64,000 nucleotides of DNA from Octopus vulgaris (Eukaryota): assembly GCA_951406725.2 (NCBI GenBank), contig OX597824.1, positions 62,062,001 to 62,126,000 of the forward strand, read 5' to 3'. Below are positions 37,579 through 50,636 of this stretch, piece after piece. Position numbers and translations under genes: made by a program. Each line of letters begins with the position of its first letter. The first letter of the stretch is position 1. The notes below the pieces were generated by a model. The model was not told where the DNA came from and ran no database searches. It saw only the letters and a list, made by a program, of their open reading frames with translations.

Positions 37579-39397
37579 AGACACACACATGCACACGCAC
37601 ACACAAATGCATATATATATGTATATAAAGCCATAAATAATGGTCATTTTTTTTCTGTATTATAGTTAAATTGAATTACAGCGGTTTCCAGTAGTTCTTA
37701 TAGGTTTGTTATTGACAGTCTTACTCAATCGGCTCATGGATCGGTTGAATAAAATTGAACCGCCTTGAAAGTTAAGACTACCTTTGCTAGCTTTGCTAGC
37801 TTTGGACATAGAGGGCGAAATATGTAGTTAAAACCAAATCCTTTATACTTATTGCTACTTGCCGTGTAGCATTACTTCAGTGTTCTGCTTGGTCATAGCC
37901 AGAAATGACTCTACGAATAGTAGTATTAACTTTGTAGGTTGTTCAATTTTTTTTAACAAATAGTTGGGCTGTTTGAATAAACCAATCAATAAGGAATCTA
38001 TAACGACTATTGGAAACAAATGTAAGTCAAATTTACTAAAATAAAGAAAAATATATAATGACGATTATCTATGCTTTGACTTGTATATCATTATGTGTAA
38101 AAGAAAAACAGTATCACTGGAACACAGCGATGGATTTACGATATAGAATGGTGATGAACTATAATCTCGGACCCTGCCACAAAATACGCGGAGCTCTTTA
38201 TTAATTTAAACAATGTTTTTGATAATCCGTCAAGAACTGCTGTTTTTTATATATAAATTTAGAGAGAGAGATAGAGAAAGAGAGAGGGAGAGTGAGATTC
38301 GTTATTTCCTAAGTGTACCCTAAGCCCTGGCATTATTGTTCGCATATTTATTCTTATCAGGTCTCGGGAGGATCATATGCAAAATATACTGGTCATCGGA
38401 GACGAAATATGCGTATAATCGTTGAAAGATCACGATGGAAACGAAGTAAATAACCATTATTTTTGCAATGGTTGGCCGATATAAGCACTTATCAGCAAAC
38501 AATTATTTTGCCAATCGGTGCATGTCTAGGCCCTACAGTTCGCAAAGGTAGAACTAGATGTCCATGAACTAAATTTAAATGTTCATAATATTTAAGGATA
38601 TCTATATAAGGAGGAGCATAATAAAAGGTGACCGCAGGCAAACTCTTAAATAAAATGTTTAGGAACCACTGTTGGGAAATTTAACATGCTGGTACGCCGA
38701 TATACCAGAATGCAACGTGTCGGTGAGTCGAATATGTTTATATAAATCCAGTATAGGAGTCCAGTTGTTGTACAGTCATAGTAATCTTTAAAGGAAAAAA
38801 CGTACGACAAGTAGGAAGTCAGATGTACTGTTCATGTGGCTCACTGATACAAAGGTCCAATTATATCAAGTTGTCAAGTATTTGAATAAATATAATGCGT
38901 ATTTTGACAGGCATTGGTTTCGTATGATGTATTTGGTGGGACAGTTCTTGCATGCACATTTAGTTTTATCTCATGTCCTGCGTCTCCGTTATCTCAAGTC
39001 CTGTGTGCACACATTGAAAGTGTGCAAGTTGGGTTAAACAGACACTAATACAGAAAAAATAAACTTACAATCTCGTGTCTACTTTATTTATTTCTGGTAT
39101 TGCACATTGAAACTGTTAAAGCAAATATGTATATGTCTCTGTAATGGCGTATTTATGCAGATGGTAGTAAGATTAATGCAAATAAAGTTATCGATTTTAC
39201 AGAAGAAAAAATACAGCTAATCAGAACGGAGATGAAACGGAATTAGGTTATAAATAGAATTTGGAATACATATCTTAAGTTACTGGATCTAAAAAATAAA
39301 ATACACTTCTTTGAAATATAATTGAAAATCTTTCAGGTATTATATTTTGAAGCACGAACATACTGTCTTATTTGCTTCCTCCCAATACTACGCGAAA

Positions 39398-39489
<92 letters not shown>

Positions 39490-39581
39490 GAGAGAGAGAG
39501 AGAGGGGGAGGGGGAGAGAGAGAGGCAGACAGACAGACAGACAAAGAGATAGATTGATACATTTGTTTTTATGCATGCATC

Positions 39582-39955
39582 GTGGTACTCCGTCGGTTAT
39601 GATGACGAGGTTTCCAGTTGATTTGATTATGGAAATAGCTCCTCGTGAAATTAACGTGCAAGCGGCTGAGCCCTCCACAGACACTTGTACCTTTAACGTA
39701 GATCTCAGGGAGATTCAGCGTGAAACGGAGTGTGACAAGGCTGGGGCCTTTGAAATACAGGTACAACAGAAACAAGAAGAAAGAGTGAGAGAAAGTTGTA
39801 GTGAAAGAGTACAGCAGGGTTCACCTCACCCCCTGCCGGGGTCTCGTGGTGCTTTATGTGTTTTCCCTCAATAAACTCTCACAACGCCCGGTCTGAGAAT
39901 CGAACCGCAATCCTACGACCGCGTGTCCGCTGCCCTAACCACTGGGCCATTGCAC
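39582..39955 (-). mobile_element. tRNA-derived SINE (second family)
   Basis: Minus-strand head GGTGCAATGGCCCAGTGGTTAGGGCAGCGGAC...GGTTCGATTC with clear A and B boxes. Confidence 0.85.
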
Positions 39956-40002
39956 CATCACACACACACACGCACCACATATAGACACACAAACAAACAC
40001 TC

Positions 40003-40072
<70 letters not shown>

Positions 40073-40479
40073 TTGTTTTAAGTCGAATTAAAACAAAAAC
40101 AATTTTCGCCGGAAACTGAATGATTACACAATAATTGCTGTTGAAAATATATTTACTCTTTTACAGTTTACTTGCAAAAGAATATGTAAAATGCTAGCCT
40201 CGTGCATGTGTGTGTATCAAGACTACAATTGCTTGCATGTTAAGATATATGTCAAAAAATCTTCAAGACGTTCATATACACAAACCGGTGTTCGTGCCCA
40301 AAATAGACAGAAAAAGCAATTTGGCTATGTGATGGGGCTGTAGACTTGCTGAGATACTTCTTAACATAATAACAATGGTAGACTTCAAGCAACAAGAACA
40401 TATCTTTATCCACGAATGCGGTGTTGAACAATCACGCTCATTGTTTGGTATTTACGTATATATATAAAAATGCTTTATC

Positions 40480-40623
40480 GCTAAATCCACAAGTTCTTTT
40501 ATTCTCTCTGTTTATTTTCTCTTATTCCTTTCACTAAGCTCGAAATGTAAACGACTTTTCACTTTCTCGAGTGGTAGTTGTTCATACACCTCTCTTCCCC
40601 TTTTGTTCTTCTGAAATTTTCAA

Positions 40624-40624
<1 letters not shown>
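40480..40624 (+). mobile_element. PLE pLTR 3' remnant, related to 63790-63943
   Basis: TTCCTTTC...GCTCGAAATGTAAACGACTTTTCACTTTCTCGAG...TACACCT...AAATTTTCAA then (TA)n parallels the end of the 63-kb element. Confidence 0.5.
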
Positions 40625-40669
<45 letters not shown>

Positions 40670-40674
<5 letters not shown>

Positions 40675-40785
40675 ATGATCACGTGACCGACCAGACCATC
40701 AGATGTTGTTACACATCGCTGGTCACAATGCGTTCGCATTGTTTTAGCCTTGGAATGACGCCACCCCGCTGGCTAAGCGAGCAGG

Positions 40786-40789
<4 letters not shown>
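40670..40789. mobile_element. 120-bp GC-richer interspersed-repeat fragment inserted in (TA)n
   Basis: Sharp compositional boundaries between two (TA)n tracts. Family not assigned. Confidence 0.45.
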
Positions 40790-40823
<34 letters not shown>

Positions 40824-41118
40824 CATTATGACCTGTCGTTGCCGGGTCATAGTGTTAGTGCATGTACATATGTGTACATATTACATGTACATCTATAGAT
40901 ATACATCTACACATAAAATACAAAATACAAAGTTATATCATGATATCGCTAGTCATAACAATCCTCAAAATATATAACAGTCTGGAATTGTAGGCCCGTC
41001 TCTTGCAATTTCGATTAATTGTATCTTGTCCTCCCTCTTGTATAGAAGTGTGGCTACAATCCAGCCTATCTCTACTTCTGGAGGGACACACATTCTCAGT
41101 TATATATATATATATATA

Positions 41119-41630
41119 TATATTATATTAAATTAGAGACAAAACCACTATTAGGCAAATCAAACAATGAAAGACTTAAGCCAATGCATATGATTAATTT
41201 ATATTATTTAAATATGTAACAATTATTAAAAAATATAATTAATATCCACTACGATCGTTTCCTGCCTGCTGTCTTTAAATTTTTGAGTCGCAGTCATTCA
41301 TCAGGTGGTTTCAAAATGTTTCTTGGCGAGTTCATTGTTTAAAACTCGCCAACAAAAATTTTGAAACCACCTGATGAATGACTGCGACTCAAAAATTTAA
41401 AGACAGAGGCAGGAAACGATCGTAGTGGATATTAATTATATTTTTTAATAATTGTTACATATTTAAATAATATAAATTAATCATATGTATTGGCTTAAGT
41501 CTTTCATTGTTTGATTTGCCTAATAGTGGTTTTGTCTCTAATTTAATATAATATAATATTTTACTATAAAATTGGATTCAATCCTAAATCTGATTTTTCC
41601 CTGTAAGTTTGGATTTATTCCCTAATATTT

Positions 41631-41632
<2 letters not shown>
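41119..41632 (+). mobile_element. Fold-back PLE-derived element: ~214-bp inverted arms, 10-nt loop and ~77-nt tail, in (TA)n
   Basis: 41119-41332 is the near-perfect reverse complement of 41343-41555. The tail ends TTCCCTAATATT. Confidence 0.85.
41367..41428 (+). ncRNA. Minimal type I hammerhead ribozyme motif (mirror copy on the minus strand at about 41246-41308)
   Basis: CCAC-CTGATGA-atga-CTGC...GCAG-GAAA-CGATCG-TA-GTGG. Stem I is CCAC/GTGG, stem III is palindromic, and the cleavage triplet is GUA. A 4-nt insertion precedes stem II. Confidence 0.7.
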
Positions 41633-41683
<51 letters not shown>

Positions 41684-41796
41684 GTACAAACGGAGTTAGA
41701 TATTTACTGGAGAGGTCTGGAAGCATATTGCCATGTGACATAGTTATAATGAACTAAATTCAAGACATCTGCATGTATGTATGTGTGTGTGGAGAA

Positions 41797-41837
<41 letters not shown>

Positions 41838-42091
41838 AAGACAGACAGAAAGAAAGAAAGACAGAAAGAGGGAGAGATAAATATATAGATAGATGAATAT
41901 GATGTGTGGCTTACTCTATTTGAAATTGTGTGTGCGTGTAAGTGTGTATGTGCATATACAAAATATTGGTGTTTAGGTCACAGGTGATCTAAACAACTGG
42001 GTACGCTGGGTAAATGCTGTGAGGGATTACCAGGGCTCCAAGGATATAGCCGAGACGGGAGTTATGGAACGATTGTAGATTTCCAATATAG

Positions 42092-42151
<60 letters not shown>

Positions 42152-42512
42152 TAAGATAAAATGGAGAATTTTAATTGATAAAATACAATTTATTTACATA
42201 TTGTAAAACTTCTCAGTAATCTACAATCGTTTCCGTACAAAACTCATTCAATTAGAAATTAATAAATCAAAATTGGATCTTGAAACAGCGAGTTGAATGT
42301 TTCTTCTGGATGAGAATTAGACACAAAAAAGACCAAGTCATAATCGATCGGGTGATTATCATTAGACTCAAGATAGCAATAATGTATATGTGTGTGCATG
42401 TTAATATATTTTTTTAAAAACCGTTGCCTGTGTATCTACTTGTGTTTATACCTTTTGTGTGCATATGTACGTTAATGTTAGATCACTGGGAAAATATCTT
42501 CTTCTACTTTTT

Positions 42513-42577
<65 letters not shown>

Positions 42578-42656
42578 CATTATTATTATTATTATCATTA
42601 TTATTATTATTATTATTATTATTGTTGTTATTATTATTGTTGTTATTATTATTATC

Positions 42657-43541
42657 TTTTTTTTCCTCTTCTTTCAAATTTGCTTCCATTTCTTGCCGAG
42701 TGTCTTCCCGACTCCTAGGGCAAAGACACTCATAGTATACTTTGGTAGGCCATTAAACTCACTAGTTCGTTCATTATCATTTTTCTTTTAAAGTTAAATT
42801 AAAATACATGGGTGGTAATAGTTCTCACATCGACAATGCTCTTCTCAATACGTGTGATGTACCAGTTAAGACAATCTTTTGCACTTCTTGCAGGGATGGT
42901 AAGCCAGGGATCATTCTCATATAATGTTCAGTTCCCTTCTTGATCACTGGTATTGTAACCGCCTTGAGATGCCACATTTTCTCAATTTCAATGAGCAGGT
43001 CTTTATATTTTCTGAGGTTGTCAAACTCTTTCGCCGAGATATTATGATCACAGGGGAAACTCATGTCGATCAATAAGCAAACTTTATTGTTTTGGTCTTT
43101 CACAACAATATCCGGTTTATTGGCTTTGATGGTTCGGTCTGTATGTACTGGAAAGTCCTACAGAATCGTTACATTTTCTCCTTCAGTTACAGCTTCAGGG
43201 TGGTGATTATACCACTTGTCGGCAGTTTTGATATTGTAATGCCGACTTATTAGCCAATGTAGATATTGGCCAACTCTGTTATGTCTTAATTTATACTCCA
43301 CTGGTGCTAAGACTTTACATCCAGAGATTAGGTGGTCCACTGTTTCAATCATGTCGTTGCAGAATCGGCATTTTGGGTCTGCTCCATTTTTCATCACATT
43401 GGCCTGGTAGTTCCGGGTTAATAGGCTTTGATCTTGAGCAGCCAGGATGAAACCTTCGCTCTCTGCTTTTAGCCCTGAGCTCCGTAGCCACTGATGGGTT
43501 TGCTTCTGGTCAACATCAGCTTGTTTGCTACGGGCCACAAT
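42657..43541 (-). mobile_element. 5'-truncated R4/Dong LINE, second family
   Basis: WLRSSGLKAESEGFILAAQDQ, CRFCNDMIETVDHLISGC, RHN, KPDIVV and LIDMSFP...KYKDL. The 3' UTR differs from the first family. (ATT)n flanks; one in-frame stop. Confidence 0.9.
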
Positions 43542-43544
43542 ATA

Positions 43545-43608
43545 TTAATTATTATTATTTTTATTATTATTATTATTGTTGTTGTTGCTGTTATTATTAT
43601 TATTATTA

Positions 43609-43643
<35 letters not shown>

Positions 43644-43644
43644 G

Positions 43645-43687
<43 letters not shown>

Positions 43688-43746
43688 TATTATTATTATT
43701 ATTAATATTATTATTATTATTATTATTATTATCATTATTATTATTA

Positions 43747-43796
<50 letters not shown>

Positions 43797-43872
43797 GTTG
43801 TTGTCGTTATTGTTATTATTATTATTATCATCATTATTATTATTATTATTATTATCATTATTATTATTATTA

Positions 43873-43933
<61 letters not shown>
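43545..43933. repeat. (ATT)n microsatellite, ~390 bp, imperfect
   Basis: Read directly from the sequence. Confidence 0.95.
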
Positions 43934-44269
43934 GCAATTGTATCTAATAATTAATTATTCTATTTTTTTATTCATCATATCTTAATATAATTTTATTGTA
44001 ATTGTACTTTATATACTTATTTATATCCATGATATTATCCAGTTTCTATTTCATCCTATTTTATATTTTATTTTAGTTTTATTTGTATTTTTAAATACAA
44101 ATTTATATGAGTGCGTACGTGCTAAACATTTTTCACGCTTTTTCACAGTTAAAATGTTTATGTTTAGATTTTAAAATTTGGAAGATTTCGTTCATAAAAT
44201 TATCACAACCGGTATTGGCTATTTTATAGAATCTTTATAGGATTTATCACTTAAGGTTAAACTCCTTAT

Positions 44270-44400
44270 TTTATCATTTAATTCCCAAATAAATTTGCTT
44301 AGACTGGTGCTGGTTGATTTATTTCTCTTTCTAAATGTGTTTTCATGGTTGAAGATACTTTCCTTAGTAAAATTTGCCGTTGAACCAATGTAATAATAAT
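44270..44400 (-). pseudogene. PLE GIY-YIG endonuclease remnant (absent from the ORF track)
   Basis: Manual translation YYYIGSTANFTKESIFNHENTFRKRNKSTSTSLSKFIWELNDK parallels YVGLTEGNFKDRFNNHTLSF...IWSLKDK at 36.2 kb. Confidence 0.8.
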
Positions 44401-44734
44401 TCAGTCCCTACAAAAGAGAAATAAAAGACATAGATATATAACTTTTTTAAACATAAGCATGCACACGCACGCACATTATTGTCATCTTGTGTCTGTTGAT
44501 GAACATCCGATCAATTTTGATGTGATTATATTTGTGTCTAATTCTCACCTAAGGAAATATTTAACTCGGTATTTTAAGATGCAATTTTTAATTTTTAATT
44601 CATTAACTTGTGACTGAATCAGTTGAATATTGAAACGATTGTAGGTAAGAGAGAATTTTGACAATATATAAATAAATTAAATTTTATTGGTTAAAAATCT
44701 TTATTTTCTCCTTGTAATATATTGAAATATACCC

Positions 44735-44787
<53 letters not shown>

Positions 44788-44934
44788 TATAATAATTATT
44801 AGCCTCCGTAATATTCTTAACTGGCCCCTATTTTAAACAATAAACACCATTACTCTTAAGTTATACTGGACTCTAGAACTTTCCATCGATATATAAAATA
44901 CCTTTGAAGAGGGTTCCGTATCCACAATATATAA

Positions 44935-44991
<57 letters not shown>

Positions 44992-45245
44992 TGTTTGTGT
45001 GCATCAATTAGGTGGAGATGAATACATTGGTATACTATATCTGCCTAAATACAAAGTCCAGGCATCCACATATAAACGCATGCACACGCATACACATAGA
45101 AACACACATACACACAGAGAATTACATACACACACACGCACCAAAATGTTTAGAAGAACCTACACACATGCAAATATCCTACTCTAAACTCTGTTTACAC
45201 CCGACGAGTTTCCCGTTGCCATTTTAACCGCATATAAATAAATAA

Positions 45246-45301
<56 letters not shown>

Positions 45302-45870
45302 TATATATATATAGGTGTTTGTACGTTTGCATGGGGATACGTCTGGGCGCCTGTTTGGAATTGACTGTTTTGGTATGTTATAAATATTTGTAGCTTGTAG
45401 CAATGAAATATTTCTACTTACGTAGTCTGTTACTTGCCCAAAATAGATCTAGGTCCTACGACTCTGAATCTTGTCTATTTATTTCTATTTATGTATGAAC
45501 ATCTTGTGTATACTTATCGCCGTCCCTAAACAACAAGAAATACGAAAATGACACGTACATGTAGAAGACAGACATAAAGAAATCATTCACAGAAAAACAT
45601 TCACCGATCTTATTCACCAAATGGCCGAAAATTTATTTAAAGCGAAGAATTGAAAGAAAAAAAAACAATCATTAGCTATTTCCGGTAACTTTAGTCCTGG
45701 GGAACACCACATATTAGTTTGGTCTCCGCTTTATCATGTTTTTCTACAATTGTAATCGTACAAACACACACACACACACACTCTCTCTCTCTCTCTCTCT
45801 TTCTCTCACACACATATATATTTGCATATATATCTAAGTATTATGTATGTATGTATGTATGAATGTATGC

Positions 45871-45914
<44 letters not shown>

Positions 45915-45994
45915 TATAAAGGGTTTAGCATATACCGAATTTAGAAATAGCAGTCAAAGAGTTATAGCTATTTCTTCTACTAAAAAGGGAGATC

Positions 45995-46039
<45 letters not shown>

Positions 46040-46040
46040 G

Positions 46041-46099
<59 letters not shown>

Positions 46100-47947
46100 T
46101 GAGAAACAGTGAGAGAGAGAAAGATGGAGAAAGAAAGACATAGTTAACAGGTGAGGTCCACAGATGCTCAATTATAAAAGACTTAGTAGTGCTCATATCA
46201 TTTGACTTTTTACTCCGAAGTCTTCATTGGCTTTAAGAGGAATCCAGGTGATCTGATATGGATATAATGATGAAAATTAGCGTATTTCGGCGTGATATAT
46301 AAAATGACCTTACATCCATCCATCCATTCATCCATCCATCCATCCATCCATACATACATACATAAATACGTACATATATATATATATACACATAGGGAGA
46401 GTAACGTAAGGTGAAAATATTCAGAAGACGAACATTCGTGTAGAAGCATATATTTTACAGGACTAACTTGCATGGTGAGCAAAAAGTACAGAAAACTAAG
46501 AGATATTTCTGGGCCTCGGAAGTACATAACAGTTGTAATGTTGGCAGATGGAGTATGCAACCAGAAGTGGATGCATACGAGCATAACTGTAAAGCTAGTC
46601 TTCGTCGTCAGTGTGGAGAGATTGAGATCTAGCAGTTCAGATCATAATTTTGGAGACCTTTGAGAATTTTGAGAGTATACGCTGAAGTAGAGAGTCTAAA
46701 GATGAGTGGGAAGGGATGGTATGTGTAGTATTGTGACGAATGGCGTCAACAGATGTTATTAATCAGGACAGTTGAGGCTAAAACAATTGAAGAAAGGAAC
46801 TTGGTACGACGAGAGAATGGAAGATAAAGTATTGAGGCAAAGGGAAGGTGTCTAGTTATAGATATCGGTAGGACGGCGATGCAAAAAATGTAGGTGGGTT
46901 GGCGGCAGAGAAAGAATACTGAAATAGAAAGGTAGTAGAATTAATGTAGAGAGGTGGACAGTGGGGAAGAAAGGGAGGGATAATTTGAAGCAATAACAAG
47001 TGGTAGGTAGTTCCAAGTGGTTCTGATTGAAGAAAGTCGATACAACCTTAGGTTAAAATATATTCCCTTTATTCTATCCCAGTCCATTATCTGAAAGTCT
47101 GCTCCGTACAAAACCAATCACGTAGTTTGTTAATTGCTCGCCATCCTCTACCATCACAACCCCTCATTAGTCAATAGATTCTCAAATGTAATCCTTTCAA
47201 ATGTAATCCTTAAATTTTATCAATCGAGTGCCCATAACGAATAAACTATGTTATTCTCCTAATTACGATTCAACCTTAAATTACAGCTTAACCCAACTAG
47301 CAACATATCTCTTCTACTTTTACCTCCTCTTCCATATATATATATATATATATATATATATTCGCACTTTCCTCCTACCTAAGACACGTTCTTATGCCAC
47401 TACCCCACTCTATCTTTCGACCTCCTTCCCCAACTCTTTATACCTTCATCCTTAAAGATCTGAAAGTTACCCTGTACCCCAATCATAATTCACCATGTTA
47501 TTGGACCGTTGCCAACAGTTAGTCATGGCTTTTTCTTCTTGCATTTTCTTCAATAAACTCAAAGGGTTTGTTTTCTGCAATCTTCTTTTCTTCTCTCAGG
47601 TCTTCGATATTTTTCTTTCTGCTTCCAAAGCACGTTAACTTTCCTGTAAAGAACCATACCTTTGTAACATTGATAAGCTGATGCACCTTGCACAATCCGA
47701 AGCAAATCATATTCCTTACAGTTCTTTCCTTTCAGTCGTGAATATGTGCTATAATTGTCGTGCAGACAATTAGAGAGACGGACGAAATACTACGTGGTAC
47801 ATACGTGGGTAACAATGACAAAAAGAACTTTAGGAATTTTACTCGATATTGTGTAAAAAAAACATAAACAAAGACATTTTAATTAAATTTCATTAAAGTA
47901 ATCTCTTTGATTATGTTTACCACCAGAAGCAATATATATATATATAT

Positions 47948-48201
47948 AATAATTAATGACCAGTGGTTTAGCATATTTAAAAAAATCCGAAGATTAAAAA
48001 TTATATACAAATTAAGAGGAATGACCGCCAAAGTGGATTCCTCATATGCTAAAGATAGACATCAATCGCTTTACCAGGAAGAGTGTATTGCCCAGAAAAT
48101 TTCAGTAAATTTTCTTGAGAACACATTCCTCATGGTAAGGTGATTTGACGTCTATCTTTAGCATATTAGGAATCCACTTTGGTGGTCATTCCTCTTAACT
48201 T

Positions 48202-48208
<7 letters not shown>
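47948..48208 (-). mobile_element. Fold-back element in (TA)n: ~100-bp arms, 4-nt loop, ~55-nt tail
   Basis: 48002-48102 is the imperfect reverse complement of 48107-48208, with loop CAGT. The arm begins ACAAATTAAGAGG, like the other hairpin elements. Confidence 0.75.
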
Positions 48209-48267
<59 letters not shown>

Positions 48268-49530
48268 TGTTTGTCTTTTTCTAGTCTCTTTCCCCATTTA
48301 ACCATAAATATTTTTCATTAAATATGAACATACTTAAGGATCACGCTGTTAATACGTTTTTATAAGAAATATTACTTTATAATTTATTAGCGTCGATTCT
48401 CATTCTCGTAAATTGTTGTTTTAAATTATCTTCTAATATCATCAATATTTATAAAAGTACTTTTGATTCCTAGGTGTAAACGACGTTGTAACATAAATCT
48501 CGATATTTCGTCTCTTCTTCAGTGTTTCTCTGCCAATGTCTTTAACTGACTCTCTTTAAAATTATCAGGTCTCTGTTAGAAATATTTATTTACTATCTAT
48601 CGGTAACAACGTCAGGTAGTTTATGTGAGTGGTAGAAACATGAGCATGTGTTCAGAGAAAATACATCTAAAACTACTAGTGCTTTTTAACTTGTATTTTT
48701 CCTTTGTGAAAGTGTTGTTATGCGCGGAAAAAACTCCTTTAGTTGCTTAGTTTTAATAAAATATTGCCCTTCAAACTGGAGAAATCCTGTTTTCTCCCAT
48801 GTCAATGAATATATTGCGAATGTTTTTTTCTATGCTTAAGACTGTAGACTGTGTAAATTCGGAGGGATGTGGATACAAGTCAAAAGATTGCTTAGCCGTA
48901 TCTTTAGTTATCGCATAGAGGATCTGTATATTATCACTGTTTGACTCTCGATGTCGTCTAATCATGGAGACACGTGATAAATTTCATTGTAACCTTGAGA
49001 CTTAACGACTCATTCTTGTATATGTAATCCTAAATAGGGCCAACTTTTCTTCTTTTAAGATTGTAAGAATCGTTTTGTGTTATCTGTTAAGAAGTACATC
49101 AAAAGCGACTTTCGTATTTCCAAAATTGAAGACTGCGATTTGACGTACGTTTACTTGAAATATGAAATAGTTCCAATGAGCGATCCGGCAATATTTCACG
49201 CGCACCTCACACAAACACACACTCATATAAAAATGTTTAATCGTATATTTACTTCCTAATATTAAAAAAAGCCGAAGATATAGTTTCATAATCTGTATGG
49301 TACAATTCTATTGCTTCCTCAAAATAATATAAATATTTTTCACGAATGTTAGTCCTCATATATTTTAAGCTTACATTTATTGTTCTCTAATGTCTGTATA
49401 TAAACATATGTATCATAAACAATGATATTTTAACGATTAGTCCCGTATCTTTAAAGATAAATATATATATTTCTACACTTAAATGCAATTTCTCTTTTTC
49501 CCGCTCTCCATCTCCCTCTATTCCTATCTG

Positions 49531-49585
49531 TCCATCCATCCATCCATCCATCCATCCATCCATCCATCCATCCATCCATCCATCC

Positions 49586-49682
<97 letters not shown>

Positions 49683-49690
49683 CCTATCTA
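49531..49690. repeat. (TCCA)n(TCTA)n microsatellite
   Basis: Read directly from the sequence. Confidence 0.95.
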
Positions 49691-50256
49691 TATATTTACC
49701 TATCTCCATATTTTGTAATATATTATGGTAGCAATGCAAACTATGGTGTCCTTGCTAGTAATTGGTATGTACGTACCAGCGACCATGAATGATTTTAATT
49801 TTTAAACTGGTCTACCCAATAATATTACACTGCTAATCTTAATGGGTATTCAGGTAAAGCGTACTTGGATAGTTGAATGATTGAATGTGGTGCTGAAGAA
49901 AGTGCACTAAATTCTGAAATATTCATATACATGCATTCCTTAATTTTCTTCTTCGACCGCCTTGTTTACGTTTACGTATTCGTATACGAAATTTAGTAAC
50001 GGCCAGTCCTGGATTTGAATTCAATACGGAATCTATTTTATTTCACGGAAGCATAGCGATACTAATAACCTGGTTTCGAAACTCAATAAACACGGAGTTC
50101 AGAAAAAAGTGCCAGTCCAGTTTAAAGCAATGCTATGAAATTAGAATAACAAACGAGAAAAAAATGAACTTTTGAGCCCTTTATGCACTCATAGTTGAAT
50201 ATTTGTGTTATCACGTTATAGATTCAACGGAAATTGAAACGTATATATATATATAT

Positions 50257-50590
50257 AACAACAAATTGAGGAACGGCCATAATAGGCCGTTCGACCCACT
50301 AAAAGAAGCAGCCAGGGCTTCAACCGCAAATAGTAGTAATTCCGGAAACAGAGGAAAATTAAAAAAAACATTTACCCTGTTCATCATTTTTTAATTTTCC
50401 TCTGTTTCCGGAATTACTACTATTTGCGGTTGAAGCCCTGGCTGCTTCTTCTAGTGGGTCGAACGGCCTATTATGGCCGTTCCTCAATTTGTTGTTGAAT
50501 TTATTAATATTCTCTGACTATTTCCTTTTTCTCACTAGACCGCTGGTGGCAAAATAATTTCTATTGAATTTTTCGCTACCCTAATATTGT

Positions 50591-50592
<2 letters not shown>
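50257..50592 (+). mobile_element. Fold-back element in (TA)n: 110-bp arms, 20-nt loop, ~96-nt tail
   Basis: 50257-50366 versus 50387-50496, with one visible mismatch. The tail ends CCCTAATATTGTTA, as in the 14.3-kb element (reverse complement) and the 41.6-kb element. Confidence 0.85.

Positions 50593-50636
<44 letters not shown>

Larger units (their letters stand above)
42149..44720 (-). mobile_element. Old PLE: GIY-YIG remnant between inverted pLTRs, interrupted by a Dong LINE
   Basis: 42149-42430 and 44430-44720 are diverged inverted copies, each containing GAAACGATTGTAG. (TA)n lies on both outer sides. Confidence 0.75.

Noticed and set aside
39890-39955. tRNA gene
   Set aside because: The A and B boxes continue into a SINE body and there is no complete acceptor stem; it is a tRNA-derived SINE head.
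46400-47020. Purine-skewed segment, possibly an old retroelement on the minus strand
   Set aside because: Only compositional evidence; no protein motif could be read.
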